A DNA stretch of 64,000 nt, from the IMG/VR virus record IMGVR_UViG_3300025141_013938; one strand, given 5' to 3'. Positions 19,901 to 29,276 of the stretch are shown here, in pieces; position 1 is the first letter of the stretch, and each line of letters begins with the position of its first letter. A model generated the notes under the pieces. That model was not told the DNA's origin. It made no database searches and was given only the letters and a program-made list of their open reading frames with translations. A program made the translations under genes and the position numbers. The stretch is from an uncultured virus (IMG/VR IMGVR_UViG_3300025141_013938). Its lineage: Duplodnaviria; Heunggongvirae; Uroviricota; Caudoviricetes.

Positions 19901-20718
19901 AATTATTTGATCTATCAGGCAAAAAATGTTTAATTACAGGAGCTGGGGGACTTCTAGGAAGGTATCATGCAGAAGCTATTATTGAGGCTGGAGGGTCTGT
20001 TATTTTAACTGATATTGATCGTAATAGTGTAGTATCATTAGCAGAAGATCTAAAAGAAGGATATGAAAAAGAGTGTGCATCCTGGGCAGTTATGGATGTG
20101 ACAGATCACAAGTCAATTTCTGGGGTATTAAATCGTATGGGACCTATTGATATTTTAATTAATAATGCTGCCAAAGATCCAAAAGTAGATAGCACTGGAT
20201 TAAATGATTCAATTCCACAGTCAAGATTTGAAGTCATGTCTCTTAAATCATGGAAGGAAGGATTAGATGTATCTTTAAATGGTACATTTTTGGTGACACA
20301 AGCTGTTATTAATAAAATGATAAAGAATAATACAGCTGGAGTTATACTGAATATCTCGTCAGATCTTAGTGTTATAGCACCTGATCAAAGAATATATAAG
20401 AATTTATCTGAATCATTTTCTGAACAAAATGTTAAGCCTATATTTTATTCTGCTTCAAAGTGGGCTATTGTTGGGATGACTAAATATCTTGCCACATATT
20501 TTGCATCAAAAAATATAAGAGTTAACTCTATAAGCCCTGGCGGAGTATTCAATGATCACCCAAAAGGTTTTGTAGAAAAAATATCTAATTTGATACCTAT
20601 GTCACGAATGGCAAATGTTGATGAGTATAAGGGAGCAGTTATCTTTGCTTGTTCTGACGCTAGTTCGTATATGACTGGCCATAATCTTATTTTAGATGGT
20701 GGAAGAAGCCTATGGTAG
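19897..20718 (+). CDS. Short-chain dehydrogenase/reductase (PtmA-like)
   Basis: TGAGGLLG, INNAA, YSASK, IRVNSISPGG, TGHNLILDGG. Resembles SDRs found in nonulosonate loci. Confidence 0.8.
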   Translation: MKLFDLSGKKCLITGAGGLLGRYHAEAIIEAGGSVILTDIDRNSVVSLAEDLKEGYEKECASWAVMDVTDHKSISGVLNRMGPIDILINNAAKDPKVDSTGLNDSIPQSRFEVMSLKSWKEGLDVSLNGTFLVTQAVINKMIKNNTAGVILNISSDLSVIAPDQRIYKNLSESFSEQNVKPIFYSASKWAIVGMTKYLATYFASKNIRVNSISPGGVFNDHPKGFVEKISNLIPMSRMANVDEYKGAVIFACSDASSYMTGHNLILDGGRSLW

Positions 20719-21044
20719 TCTATGTAGACATTGATGAAACAATTTGTAGATATGCTGGAGAGAGAGTCTATCATCTTGCAATTCCAATTTTAGAAAGAAT
20801 AGAAAAGATTAATTTTTTATATGATGAGGGTAACACTATTGTTTATTGGACAGCTCGCGGCGCCACCACAAAAATTGATTGGACAGAGCTGACAAAAAAA
20901 CAGCTTAGTGAGTGGGGTGCAAAGTACACTGATCTCAAAATGAATCATAAGCCACACTATGATCTTTTAATATGTGATAAAGCAATAAATTCTACCGTTT
21001 TTTTTAGTGATGTTGAGGAGGTAAAAAATGAAATCTCTTCCTAA
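20712..21044 (+). CDS. Small capless HAD-superfamily phosphatase
   Basis: VDIDETIC (motif I), WTARG (motif II), KP..D..ICDKA (motifs III/IV). Confidence 0.75.
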   Translation: MVVYVDIDETICRYAGERVYHLAIPILERIEKINFLYDEGNTIVYWTARGATTKIDWTELTKKQLSEWGAKYTDLKMNHKPHYDLLICDKAINSTVFFSDVEEVKNEISS

Positions 21045-21402
21045 AAAAATTGATTTAGAAATGAAGTTTGTACCCAAGGGATGGGGTTTTGAAAAGTGGA
21101 TTGTCAATTGTGAGGAATACTGTGGAAAATTACTTTACTTTGTTAAGGGAAAAAGATGTTCCTGGCATTACCACAAATTAAAAGACGAAGTATTCTACAT
21201 TCAGTCTGGAAAGATATTAGTAAAGTATTCTGACAGAGATGACCTCAATTGTTCAAGTGAAAAAACATTGTCAAGAGGCGATAGCTTTCATGTGTATAGG
21301 GGTTTACGTCATCAGATGATAGCACTAGAAGATACAGAGCTATTTGAGTTTTCTACAACTCACTATGATTCAGATAGTCATAGGATCAAAAAAGGAGATT
21401 AG
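21028..21402 (+). CDS. Cupin sugar isomerase (mannose-6-phosphate isomerase-like)
   Basis: PKGWGFE, CSWHYHKLKDEVFY, GLRHQM. Confidence 0.75.
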   Translation: MKSLPKKIDLEMKFVPKGWGFEKWIVNCEEYCGKLLYFVKGKRCSWHYHKLKDEVFYIQSGKILVKYSDRDDLNCSSEKTLSRGDSFHVYRGLRHQMIALEDTELFEFSTTHYDSDSHRIKKGD

Positions 21403-21405
21403 TTT

Positions 21406-22311
21406 TTGAAAGCTTTGGTCAATAGAGAACCCTTAAGAGATAGACCGTGGGGCGGCGGAAATCTATTTCTTATCGCTCTATGCGATAGTCTTTTAAAGAA
21501 TAACATAGAAGTAACACACAGGCTAGATGAGGATATAGACATAATTTTTATGCAAGATCCAAGATACAGTGATCTACAAATATCAGTAAATGAAATAGCA
21601 TCATATAAAACTTTTAAGCCTGATACCAAGATAATACATCGAGTAAATGAATGTGATGCGAGAAAGAATACAGATGATATGGATAATCTCTTAAGAGAGT
21701 GTAGCAGAATAACTGACCATACAGTTTTTGTTTCTGACTGGATGAGAGAGTATCACATCGCACGAGGGTGGAATTGTCTAAGAACTAGTGTGATACATAA
21801 TGGAGTAGACCTGAACCATTTCTCTCCGCGTGACAAGATTGATAATGGAAAAATTAATATTGTCACACATCACTGGTCTAATAATAGGATGAAGGGTTTT
21901 GATATCTATGAAAAACTAGATAGATTTGTTAAAGACAGTGAGTTATTTACTTTTACTTATATTGGACGTCACAATAACACGTTTAAGAACACAAAGACTA
22001 TAGATCCGCTATGTGGAATTGATCTTGGTAAAGAGCTATCTAAGTACAGTGTTTATATAAGCGGATCTGTATATGATCCCGGCCCTAATCATATTTTAGA
22101 AAGTATCGCTTGCAAAATTCCAACATATGTTATTTCTACAGGCGGCGGTGCTGTTGAGTTTGCAGGCCAAGATCACACCTACGATACTTTTGAAGAGTTG
22201 ATAGAGATTTTAAAATCTAGAGTGTATAAAGCAAATGATTATAATGCTAGATCATGGAGTGAATGCATAGATGACTACATGTCGATTATAGAACAGTGTA
22301 GAGGAAAATAA
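21406..22311 (+). CDS. Family 4 (GT-B) glycosyltransferase
   Basis: PWGGGNLF, FVSDW, IHNGVD, KGFD, DPGPNHILESIAC; TTG start with a GGAG RBS. Confidence 0.8.
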   Translation: MKALVNREPLRDRPWGGGNLFLIALCDSLLKNNIEVTHRLDEDIDIIFMQDPRYSDLQISVNEIASYKTFKPDTKIIHRVNECDARKNTDDMDNLLRECSRITDHTVFVSDWMREYHIARGWNCLRTSVIHNGVDLNHFSPRDKIDNGKINIVTHHWSNNRMKGFDIYEKLDRFVKDSELFTFTYIGRHNNTFKNTKTIDPLCGIDLGKELSKYSVYISGSVYDPGPNHILESIACKIPTYVISTGGGAVEFAGQDHTYDTFEELIEILKSRVYKANDYNARSWSECIDDYMSIIEQCRGK

Positions 22312-23492
22312 TGGCAAAAATAAATTTTTTAGATCTGGGAATGCAGCCCATAGCAAATAACTTCTTATCAGATAAGTCTGAAATAGATGATGAATATAAG
22401 TTCCACTTAACTGTTGTATTTGATGACGAGAGCAAGCTAGTATCATTGTCAGACTTTGTCCCCCCTGATCTAATGTTCAATGATTCTTATGTGTATCACT
22501 CTTCTCTCTCTAAAACGATGAGAGATCATTTCAAAGAGATAGCTACTAGTCTAACTAAAGAATTTTCACCCAAAAAGATTCTTGAGATAGGCAGCAATGA
22601 TGGCGTGTTTTTGAAAAATTTTAATAAAAATGATGCAATATCAGTTGAACCATGTGGAAATTTTGCTAAGATGACATGTGCTATGGGATATAGCACATAT
22701 CAAAAATTTTGGAATGCACAGCTAGCAGAAGATATAGTGGAAAATCATGGAAAGCAAGATCTCATTTTTTCAGCAAATTGTATATGTCATATTCACAATT
22801 TAGAAGAGGCATTTGAATCAATATCCAGGGTGATGTCAGAAAGAGGAACTTTTATATTTGAAGATCCCTCTCTTTTAAAGATGATGAGTAGAAGATCTTA
22901 TGATCAGATATATGATGAACATGCACATATTTTTTCTGTACTAGCATTAAAGAACCTTCTTTTAAAGCACAGTCTTGAAATATTTAGAGTAGAAAATTTA
23001 AATGTTCACGGTGGATCAAATAGAATATTTGTATGTCACTCTAATTCTAGATCTATCGAATATAGTGTTCAAGAAAATTTATTTAGAGAGAGAGAAGCAG
23101 GTCTTGATACGATAGATGCATATAAAAGATTTTCATATGATGTTGAAAAATCAAAAAATCAGCTAGTTGATCTATTAAATGAGCTAAAAAGAAAAGATTA
23201 TAAAATTATAAGCTACGGTGCGACCTCTAAGTCGACAACTGTATTTAATTATTGTGAAATAGACACTAGTATTATTGATTATATTGTAGATACAACACCT
23301 GCAAAACAAGGAAAGCTATCTCCTGGCATGCATATTCCTGTTAAGTCACCCGAGCCAGGGTTTGATGAAACTGTCGACTATGCTTTTTTAGGAGCATGGA
23401 ACTATGAAAAAGAAATAGCAGATAAAGAAAAAGAATTTTTAAAAAATAAAAGGTTTATAACTCATGTGCCCTACGTCAGATTTATCAAGTAA
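22311..23492 (+). CDS. NDP-sugar C-methyltransferase (NovU/TylC3/EryBIII-like)
   Basis: LDLGMQPIANNF, LEIGSNDG, YDQIYDEH, HGGSNR, YGATSK, KQGKLSPGMHIP, AWNY. Confidence 0.88.
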   Translation: MAKINFLDLGMQPIANNFLSDKSEIDDEYKFHLTVVFDDESKLVSLSDFVPPDLMFNDSYVYHSSLSKTMRDHFKEIATSLTKEFSPKKILEIGSNDGVFLKNFNKNDAISVEPCGNFAKMTCAMGYSTYQKFWNAQLAEDIVENHGKQDLIFSANCICHIHNLEEAFESISRVMSERGTFIFEDPSLLKMMSRRSYDQIYDEHAHIFSVLALKNLLLKHSLEIFRVENLNVHGGSNRIFVCHSNSRSIEYSVQENLFREREAGLDTIDAYKRFSYDVEKSKNQLVDLLNELKRKDYKIISYGATSKSTTVFNYCEIDTSIIDYIVDTTPAKQGKLSPGMHIPVKSPEPGFDETVDYAFLGAWNYEKEIADKEKEFLKNKRFITHVPYVRFIK

Positions 23493-23904
23493 AGTAGAGC
23501 AACTCAGTGTTGATTATCACGAAGATGACAGGGCTCAAAGAATATTTGACCTATTCAATCTAGAAAATGGTCAAATAAACATATCTCATGTAAATTCTAC
23601 ATCTCACATAGTAGCGTGGCACGTTCATAAAATACAGACAGACTATTGGTTTTGTCCAAAGGGTTCATTTAAGGTGGGTCTAGCCGAGCCCCAGCCAGAC
23701 GGAGGTCACAAAGTTAGGTGGGAATATCTCTCAGATAAGAACTTAAAAGCGCTAAGAATACCTCCGGGAACATATCATGGCTATAGGGCGTTACAGCCTG
23801 AATCCATAATGCTATATTTTTTAACTGAGAAATATGATCCAGAAGATGAAGAGAAAGTGTCTCCAGGAACGTTTGGTGAATCGTGGGAGATAGAAGATAA
23901 ATGA
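23464..23904 (+). CDS. RmlC-like cupin (dTDP-4-dehydrorhamnose 3,5-epimerase family)
   Basis: HEDDR, AWHVHKIQTD, IPPGTYHGY. Confidence 0.75.
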   Translation: MCPTSDLSSKVEQLSVDYHEDDRAQRIFDLFNLENGQINISHVNSTSHIVAWHVHKIQTDYWFCPKGSFKVGLAEPQPDGGHKVRWEYLSDKNLKALRIPPGTYHGYRALQPESIMLYFLTEKYDPEDEEKVSPGTFGESWEIEDK

Positions 23905-24314
23905 ATACGACAGTTGAGGATTTAAAGATTATAAATCTATTGAGACACTGTGACAGTAGTGGAGACCTTGTAGCAATTGAGTCATTAAAAGATATTCCGA
24001 TCAATATATCTAGAATTTTTTATGTGTTTGGATCTGATGGAGAAAATAGAGGAAACCATGCGCACTTTAAAACAAGACAAGTTTTAATATGTGTAAATGG
24101 ATCTGTTATTGTGACTTGTAAAGATGGCACCAATACAATATCATTTAATCTAGACAGTAAAGATAAAGCTCTCTTTATACCGGAAATGATATGGGACTCA
24201 GTAAGCTATACTGGAAAGAATACAATTTTACTAGTTCTTTCTGATTCACAGTATGATAGAGATGACTATATAGAAGACTTTGATATATTCAAGAATATAA
24301 AGTCTCAGCTTTGA
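23901..24314 (+). CDS. FdtA/QdtA/WxcM-like sugar 3,4-ketoisomerase
   Basis: GDLVAIE, RIFYVF, RGNHAH, LVLSD..YDRDDYI. Confidence 0.85.
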   Translation: MNTTVEDLKIINLLRHCDSSGDLVAIESLKDIPINISRIFYVFGSDGENRGNHAHFKTRQVLICVNGSVIVTCKDGTNTISFNLDSKDKALFIPEMIWDSVSYTGKNTILLVLSDSQYDRDDYIEDFDIFKNIKSQL

Positions 24315-24349
24315 CAGTATAATATAAAGTAGAATAGTGAGATAGCATT

Positions 24350-25237
24350 ATGAAAATCATGATAACTGGAGGTCTTGGACACATAGGCTCAGCTCTTGTA
24401 GAAAGCATTAAAAAAGATCTTGATCTAACAGTTGTCGATGACATGCACTCTCAAAGATACTGTTCATTATTTAATAGAGATAGAAAATTTAATTTTTGGG
24501 AGAGAGATTTTTCAACAATATCAGTTGATGAATTAAAAAAGTTTGATGTGATTGTTCACCTAGCAGCGATAACTGATGCGGCAAAAAGCATGAGTGAAAA
24601 AGAAAAAGTTTTTGACGTGAATGTGACAAAAACTACATCTTTTATCAAGGCTGCAAAGCTAGCAGGCATTAGTCTTTTTATTTTTCCATCTTCAACTAGT
24701 GTATACGGAAAGGGTCAAGATGTCATGTATGAAAAAGATGACAACGTGCTTCCCCAAAGCCCATATGCAGAATCTAAGGCAATTATTGAAAACAAACTCA
24801 GAGAATTATCAGTTCCTCACGTAATATTAAGATTTGGAACAATCTTCGGTTGTAGCAAAGGAATGAGATTTCACACAGCTATTAATAAGTTTAGTTTTCA
24901 ATCTTCGGTGGGCCAAAGTATAACTGTATGGAAGCAAAACTATGAATATTTTCGCCCATACTTGGGAATAAATGATGCAATTCTTTCAATTAATTTAGCC
25001 ATATCTAATCTGCTAAAAATCAATGAGACATACAATGTATTAACAGATAACTTTCGTCTCTCTGAAATTGTAAAAATGATTCAGAATATAAAAGAGACAA
25101 AAGTTAGATTTGTTGACACGCCGCTTCTAAATCAGAACACATACTTTGTAAACGACGAAAAAATCAAATCAATGGGCTTTTCACCATCAGACTCTTTAGA
25201 GTCAGAAATTTTAAAAACAATGGAGATGTTAGGATGA
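24350..25237 (+). CDS. NAD-dependent epimerase/dehydratase
   Basis: GGLGHIG, HLAA, SSTSVYG, SPYAESK, LRFGTIFG. Confidence 0.85.
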   Translation: MKIMITGGLGHIGSALVESIKKDLDLTVVDDMHSQRYCSLFNRDRKFNFWERDFSTISVDELKKFDVIVHLAAITDAAKSMSEKEKVFDVNVTKTTSFIKAAKLAGISLFIFPSSTSVYGKGQDVMYEKDDNVLPQSPYAESKAIIENKLRELSVPHVILRFGTIFGCSKGMRFHTAINKFSFQSSVGQSITVWKQNYEYFRPYLGINDAILSINLAISNLLKINETYNVLTDNFRLSEIVKMIQNIKETKVRFVDTPLLNQNTYFVNDEKIKSMGFSPSDSLESEILKTMEMLG

Positions 25238-25893
25238 AAATAACAAGGATACATTCACCATTCCCAGCAATATCAATAGATGATTTCACACCATCAGTAG
25301 CAATTGTGAGAGCAGCTGCTGAAAGCTTTAATGATGTCAACGATTGGGTAAGCTATTCTGCAGAAAATAATCAAATACAGCATTGCTCAAAATTAGGAAG
25401 AGAAAATATTCCCCCACCGGCATTAATTCTCTTAGATTACATAGCTACTCACTTTGATCCGAATAGTGCATTTAATGGACTAACTGACAATGCTTTTCCA
25501 GATACTTCTCACTATGGTGGTGGGATGATGGTTACACCCAATTCTAGCGGTGAAGGTGGATATCTTGGAATGCATGTTGACGCAACATCACACGGATTAA
25601 ATCACAGATGGAGAAGAGAGTATAGTGCAATTTTATGTCTGTCTGAAGAGTATGATTCATCTTTTGATCTTTTGATACATGACGGAAATGATTCTCATGC
25701 CAGAATTCCATATAAGTTTAATAGACTTAATGTGTTTAAGTGCTCAGATAGTTCTTGGCACGGCTTTCCTGAAATCACAAAGGGAATGGATAGAAAAACT
25801 TTAGGTGTAATGTATTGGTCAATTATGTCAGAAGAGGAACAAAAAGTTGCAAGAGTTAAAGCAAAATTTAATAATTCATTAGAATTTTTATAA
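25234..25893 (+). CDS. 2OG-Fe(II) oxygenase
   Basis: GGYLGMHVD (HxD), FNRL..F, SWHG and a distal R (RKTL). Confidence 0.78.
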   Translation: MKITRIHSPFPAISIDDFTPSVAIVRAAAESFNDVNDWVSYSAENNQIQHCSKLGRENIPPPALILLDYIATHFDPNSAFNGLTDNAFPDTSHYGGGMMVTPNSSGEGGYLGMHVDATSHGLNHRWRREYSAILCLSEEYDSSFDLLIHDGNDSHARIPYKFNRLNVFKCSDSSWHGFPEITKGMDRKTLGVMYWSIMSEEEQKVARVKAKFNNSLEFL

Positions 25894-25896
25894 AGT

Positions 25897-26616
25897 ATGA
25901 GTATTAAAAAAATATTAATTTCTGGAGGGGAAGGAGATTTTGCAAATCAACTCTGTGATTTAAATGATAGCAAATTTATAATTTTTTCCATTAAAAAAGA
26001 TGAAATGGACGTCACAGATATTTCTCAAATTGATAAAGTGATAGAAAAGATAAATCCTGACTATTTTATTCATGCAGCTGCTCTAACAAGACCGATGGAA
26101 ATTCATGAAAGTCATCCAGATAAAAGTATTCTTAATAATATTATTGGAACAGCAAATGTTGTTCTCTCGTGTATGAAAAAGAACATAAAGCTTATTTATC
26201 TTTCAACTGATCATGTCTATCCAGGGACAAATGGAAATTATTCTGAAGAAGATCCAGTCATGCCTATTAATAACTATGCATGGTCAAAGCTAGGGGGAGA
26301 ATGCTCTGTGACACTCTATAAGAATTCTTGTATTCTTCGTCTTGCAATGATAAAGTATCCATTTCCTCACAAGTCAGCAATTGTAGACTCTTATAAGAGC
26401 TCTATTTTTATTAATGATGTTGCAAAAATAACATTTAAATTTCTTGATATGACTGGAACATATAATGTAGGGGGAGACAAGATGTCAATCTATGATTTTG
26501 TAAAGAAGATAAATCCAGACATTAAAAAAATATTCTTAAAAGAAATTAAAGATGTCAAAATGCCAGCTGATGTCAGCATGAATTTAGAAAAAATGAAAAG
26601 AGTTGTGAGCAAGTGA
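25897..26616 (+). CDS. RmlD-like NDP-sugar reductase
   Basis: IHAAALT, YLSTDHVY, PINNYAWSKLGGE. Confidence 0.8.
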   Translation: MSIKKILISGGEGDFANQLCDLNDSKFIIFSIKKDEMDVTDISQIDKVIEKINPDYFIHAAALTRPMEIHESHPDKSILNNIIGTANVVLSCMKKNIKLIYLSTDHVYPGTNGNYSEEDPVMPINNYAWSKLGGECSVTLYKNSCILRLAMIKYPFPHKSAIVDSYKSSIFINDVAKITFKFLDMTGTYNVGGDKMSIYDFVKKINPDIKKIFLKEIKDVKMPADVSMNLEKMKRVVSK

Positions 26617-27527
26617 TTAATCTATTTAATATTAATCATTATACACTAAATACAGCGACATTTGATAATGTTTTAAACGGTGCTGTAGTTAAAGAATTTG
26701 AGAAAGATTTTGCAGAATATGTAGGAGCAAATCATGCATGCGGAGTTAATAGTGCAACTAATGCAATTTTTTTATCACTTTTAGGCAAGAATGTAGACGT
26801 CACCGTTCCTAGCATTATACCGCCAGTTGTTTTAAATGCAATAATACTGTCAGGAAATAGAATATTGTTTAAAGATGACACAGATTGGGTGGGAGGATCT
26901 TATACCCTTCACAACTTTAAAAGCTACAAGATCATAGATTCTGCACAAAAAGTAGAGAGAGATCAGTTTAGAAGAGAAGCAAATCCAGAAGATTTGATGA
27001 TATTTAGCTTTTATCCCACAAAACCAATAGGCTCTATCGATGGTGGAATGATTGTGTCTAATGATCTAGAAAAAATAGAGTGGTTCCAAAAAGCAGTTTT
27101 AAATGGTACTAGTATGTCTCAAGAAAGCTGGAAAAGAGAAATTCATTTTCCTGGATGGAAGTCTTATCTTAGTTCATGTCAAGCACAAATAGCTTCAAAA
27201 AATTTAAAGAAGCTAGATTTTAAAAATAGACGACTAGATGAAATAAGAAAGTATTATAATGAGTCACTTAATTATCGTAATACAAGCGGCCACTTATATA
27301 GAATATCTGTAGGGGAGAGACCCACTTTTATTTCTGAGATGAAAAAAAGAAAGATATCTTGTGGAATTCACTATAGAGCGACCCACCTACATAGGGTGTA
27401 TAAACAAAATATTTCTCTTCCTAATTCTGAAAAGATAGATAGGGAAACAGTCAGTCTCCCCTTTCATGAAATGTTAACTGATGATCAAGTCGAGTATATA
27501 GTTGAGTGTTGCAAGGAGCTCAATTGA
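26613..27527 (+). CDS. DegT/DnrJ family sugar aminotransferase (compact)
   Basis: FEKDFAEYVG, NSATNA, IDSAQ, FSFYPTKPIGSIDGG, GIHY, SLP. Confidence 0.85.
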   Translation: MINLFNINHYTLNTATFDNVLNGAVVKEFEKDFAEYVGANHACGVNSATNAIFLSLLGKNVDVTVPSIIPPVVLNAIILSGNRILFKDDTDWVGGSYTLHNFKSYKIIDSAQKVERDQFRREANPEDLMIFSFYPTKPIGSIDGGMIVSNDLEKIEWFQKAVLNGTSMSQESWKREIHFPGWKSYLSSCQAQIASKNLKKLDFKNRRLDEIRKYYNESLNYRNTSGHLYRISVGERPTFISEMKKRKISCGIHYRATHLHRVYKQNISLPNSEKIDRETVSLPFHEMLTDDQVEYIVECCKELN

Positions 27528-28441
27528 ATATTTTGGTAACAGGTTGCGCAGGATTTATTGGAAGTCATGCCGTTGACTTATTTCTAAGTATGGGATATTC
27601 TGTTACGGGTGTAGATTGTTTGACATATGCTGGATCAATTAAAAATATTGAAAAAGCGATATCTCATAAAAATTTTAGGTGGTATAAAAATGATATATGT
27701 GACACTAAAAGTGTTATAGATCACTGTCTGAAACATGAAGTTGAATGGATTATTAATTTTGCAGCCGAGACACATGTTGATAATTCCATTGAGTCATGTG
27801 AAAGATTTATTCACTCTAATATAGTCGGAGTTCAGTCTCTTTTAGAGTGCTGCAGAAGACTCAATATAAGTCTTTTTCATGTATCAACTGATGAAGTCTA
27901 TGGCTCTATACTAGAGGGGTCATTTTGTGAGACATCTAAGCTAAATCCCAAAAATCCATATTCGGCGACCAAGGCTGCTGCAGAGCATCTTATAACTGCT
28001 TATTCTAATACATACGGAGTAAATTATATCATTGTGAGACCAAGCAATAATTTTGGACCGAGACAGCACGTTGAAAAATTGTTACCTACAGTCCTAAGAA
28101 GCCTTAGAGCCGGGGAAAAAATTCCTGTGTATGGAGATGGAAAAAATATAAGAGACTGGCTATATGTTAAAAATAATGTAAAAATGATGGAAATAATTCT
28201 TAGGAAAAGTGACGTAAATCAGGTTTATAATATTACAAATGGCAATGAATTTGAAAATATCGAAATAATTCGTAAAATTATAGATATTCTTAAAATAGAC
28301 TTCGAATCAAGTGTGAAGTTTACAAAAGATAGACTTGGGCATGATTTTAGATATTCTATTTCTGATAGAAAAATAAAAGGTTTAAATTTTCAGGTGAATT
28401 CAAATTTTAATGATGATTTAAAAGAAACAATAAGAGGGTAA
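27524..28441 (+). CDS. rfbB: dTDP-glucose 4,6-dehydratase
   Basis: GCAGFIGS, LTYAG, NFAAETHVDNSI, STDEVYG, PYSATK, RDWLYV, DRLGHD. Start placed at TTG 27524 (AGGAG RBS, TTGA overlap). Confidence 0.93.
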   Translation: MNILVTGCAGFIGSHAVDLFLSMGYSVTGVDCLTYAGSIKNIEKAISHKNFRWYKNDICDTKSVIDHCLKHEVEWIINFAAETHVDNSIESCERFIHSNIVGVQSLLECCRRLNISLFHVSTDEVYGSILEGSFCETSKLNPKNPYSATKAAAEHLITAYSNTYGVNYIIVRPSNNFGPRQHVEKLLPTVLRSLRAGEKIPVYGDGKNIRDWLYVKNNVKMMEIILRKSDVNQVYNITNGNEFENIEIIRKIIDILKIDFESSVKFTKDRLGHDFRYSISDRKIKGLNFQVNSNFNDDLKETIRG

Positions 28442-28442
28442 A

Positions 28443-29276
28443 GTGGATAAATTGTGTATAGGACTTTTAACTTATTGCAACAGTGATACACATCCAGAAA
28501 GATATGAGATATTTAAAATGTGCTTATCTAGTCTTAGGAATATAGCGTGTGAAAATGTTTATATCTATGCTTTAGATAATGGCTCGTCACAGAATGTGAT
28601 TGATGACTTAAATAGTTCTTCATATATAGATGCTGTATATTTGTCAAGAAATAATTTATATGATTTTCTAGCGGTAAACTTTTTAGTGAAAAAAGCAAAC
28701 AGCATAGATGCCAAGTATGTAATGCATCTAGAAGATGATTTTTTATTTTATAAAGGTGATTTTTTAGATAGCTGCATTAATTTTTTGAAAAAAAATAATG
28801 ACTGTGGGTATCTAAGAATACTAAAATATGACTTTAATAATAAGCTAGTATATGACAAGATAGGAAATCATAAGAATAAGGACATGCAGAATTGTCAACG
28901 ACACTATAATAATATTTCTAAAGATCCACTAATGTGGTCAGAAAAGCAGCGAATAGCTTCGTTTGATTTTTATAAAACTAACTGGCACTGGTATAATTTT
29001 GCAAATATATGCAGACTGTCTGTATTTGAAAAGATAGTACCACAATATGACTGTTATCCGCTTCAGCTGCTTGAATTAGAAATGATGAAAAATTATCATC
29101 GCTTAAGTCTATTATCTGGTGTAATGGATGTGGGTGTAGTAAGTCATATGGGAAGATTCAATAAAAAAACTTCAACAAGGTTGTCTTTTAGGAATGAGTC
29201 ACCTCATGAACCTAAAAAAGAATTTCCGCTTTTAAAGATACAGGATATACTAGATGAAATAGAGTATCTCTTATGA
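28443..29276 (+). CDS. GT-A fold (family 2-like) glycosyltransferase
   Basis: LLTYCN, ALDNGS, MHLEDDF, VSHMG. Confidence 0.65.
   Translation: MDKLCIGLLTYCNSDTHPERYEIFKMCLSSLRNIACENVYIYALDNGSSQNVIDDLNSSSYIDAVYLSRNNLYDFLAVNFLVKKANSIDAKYVMHLEDDFLFYKGDFLDSCINFLKKNNDCGYLRILKYDFNNKLVYDKIGNHKNKDMQNCQRHYNNISKDPLMWSEKQRIASFDFYKTNWHWYNFANICRLSVFEKIVPQYDCYPLQLLELEMMKNYHRLSLLSGVMDVGVVSHMGRFNKKTSTRLSFRNESPHEPKKEFPLLKIQDILDEIEYLL

Noticed and set aside
24311..24335. TTGACA promoter before 24350
   Set aside because: Spacing to TAGAAT is only 13 nt and to TATAAT 1 nt, so the pairing is non-canonical.
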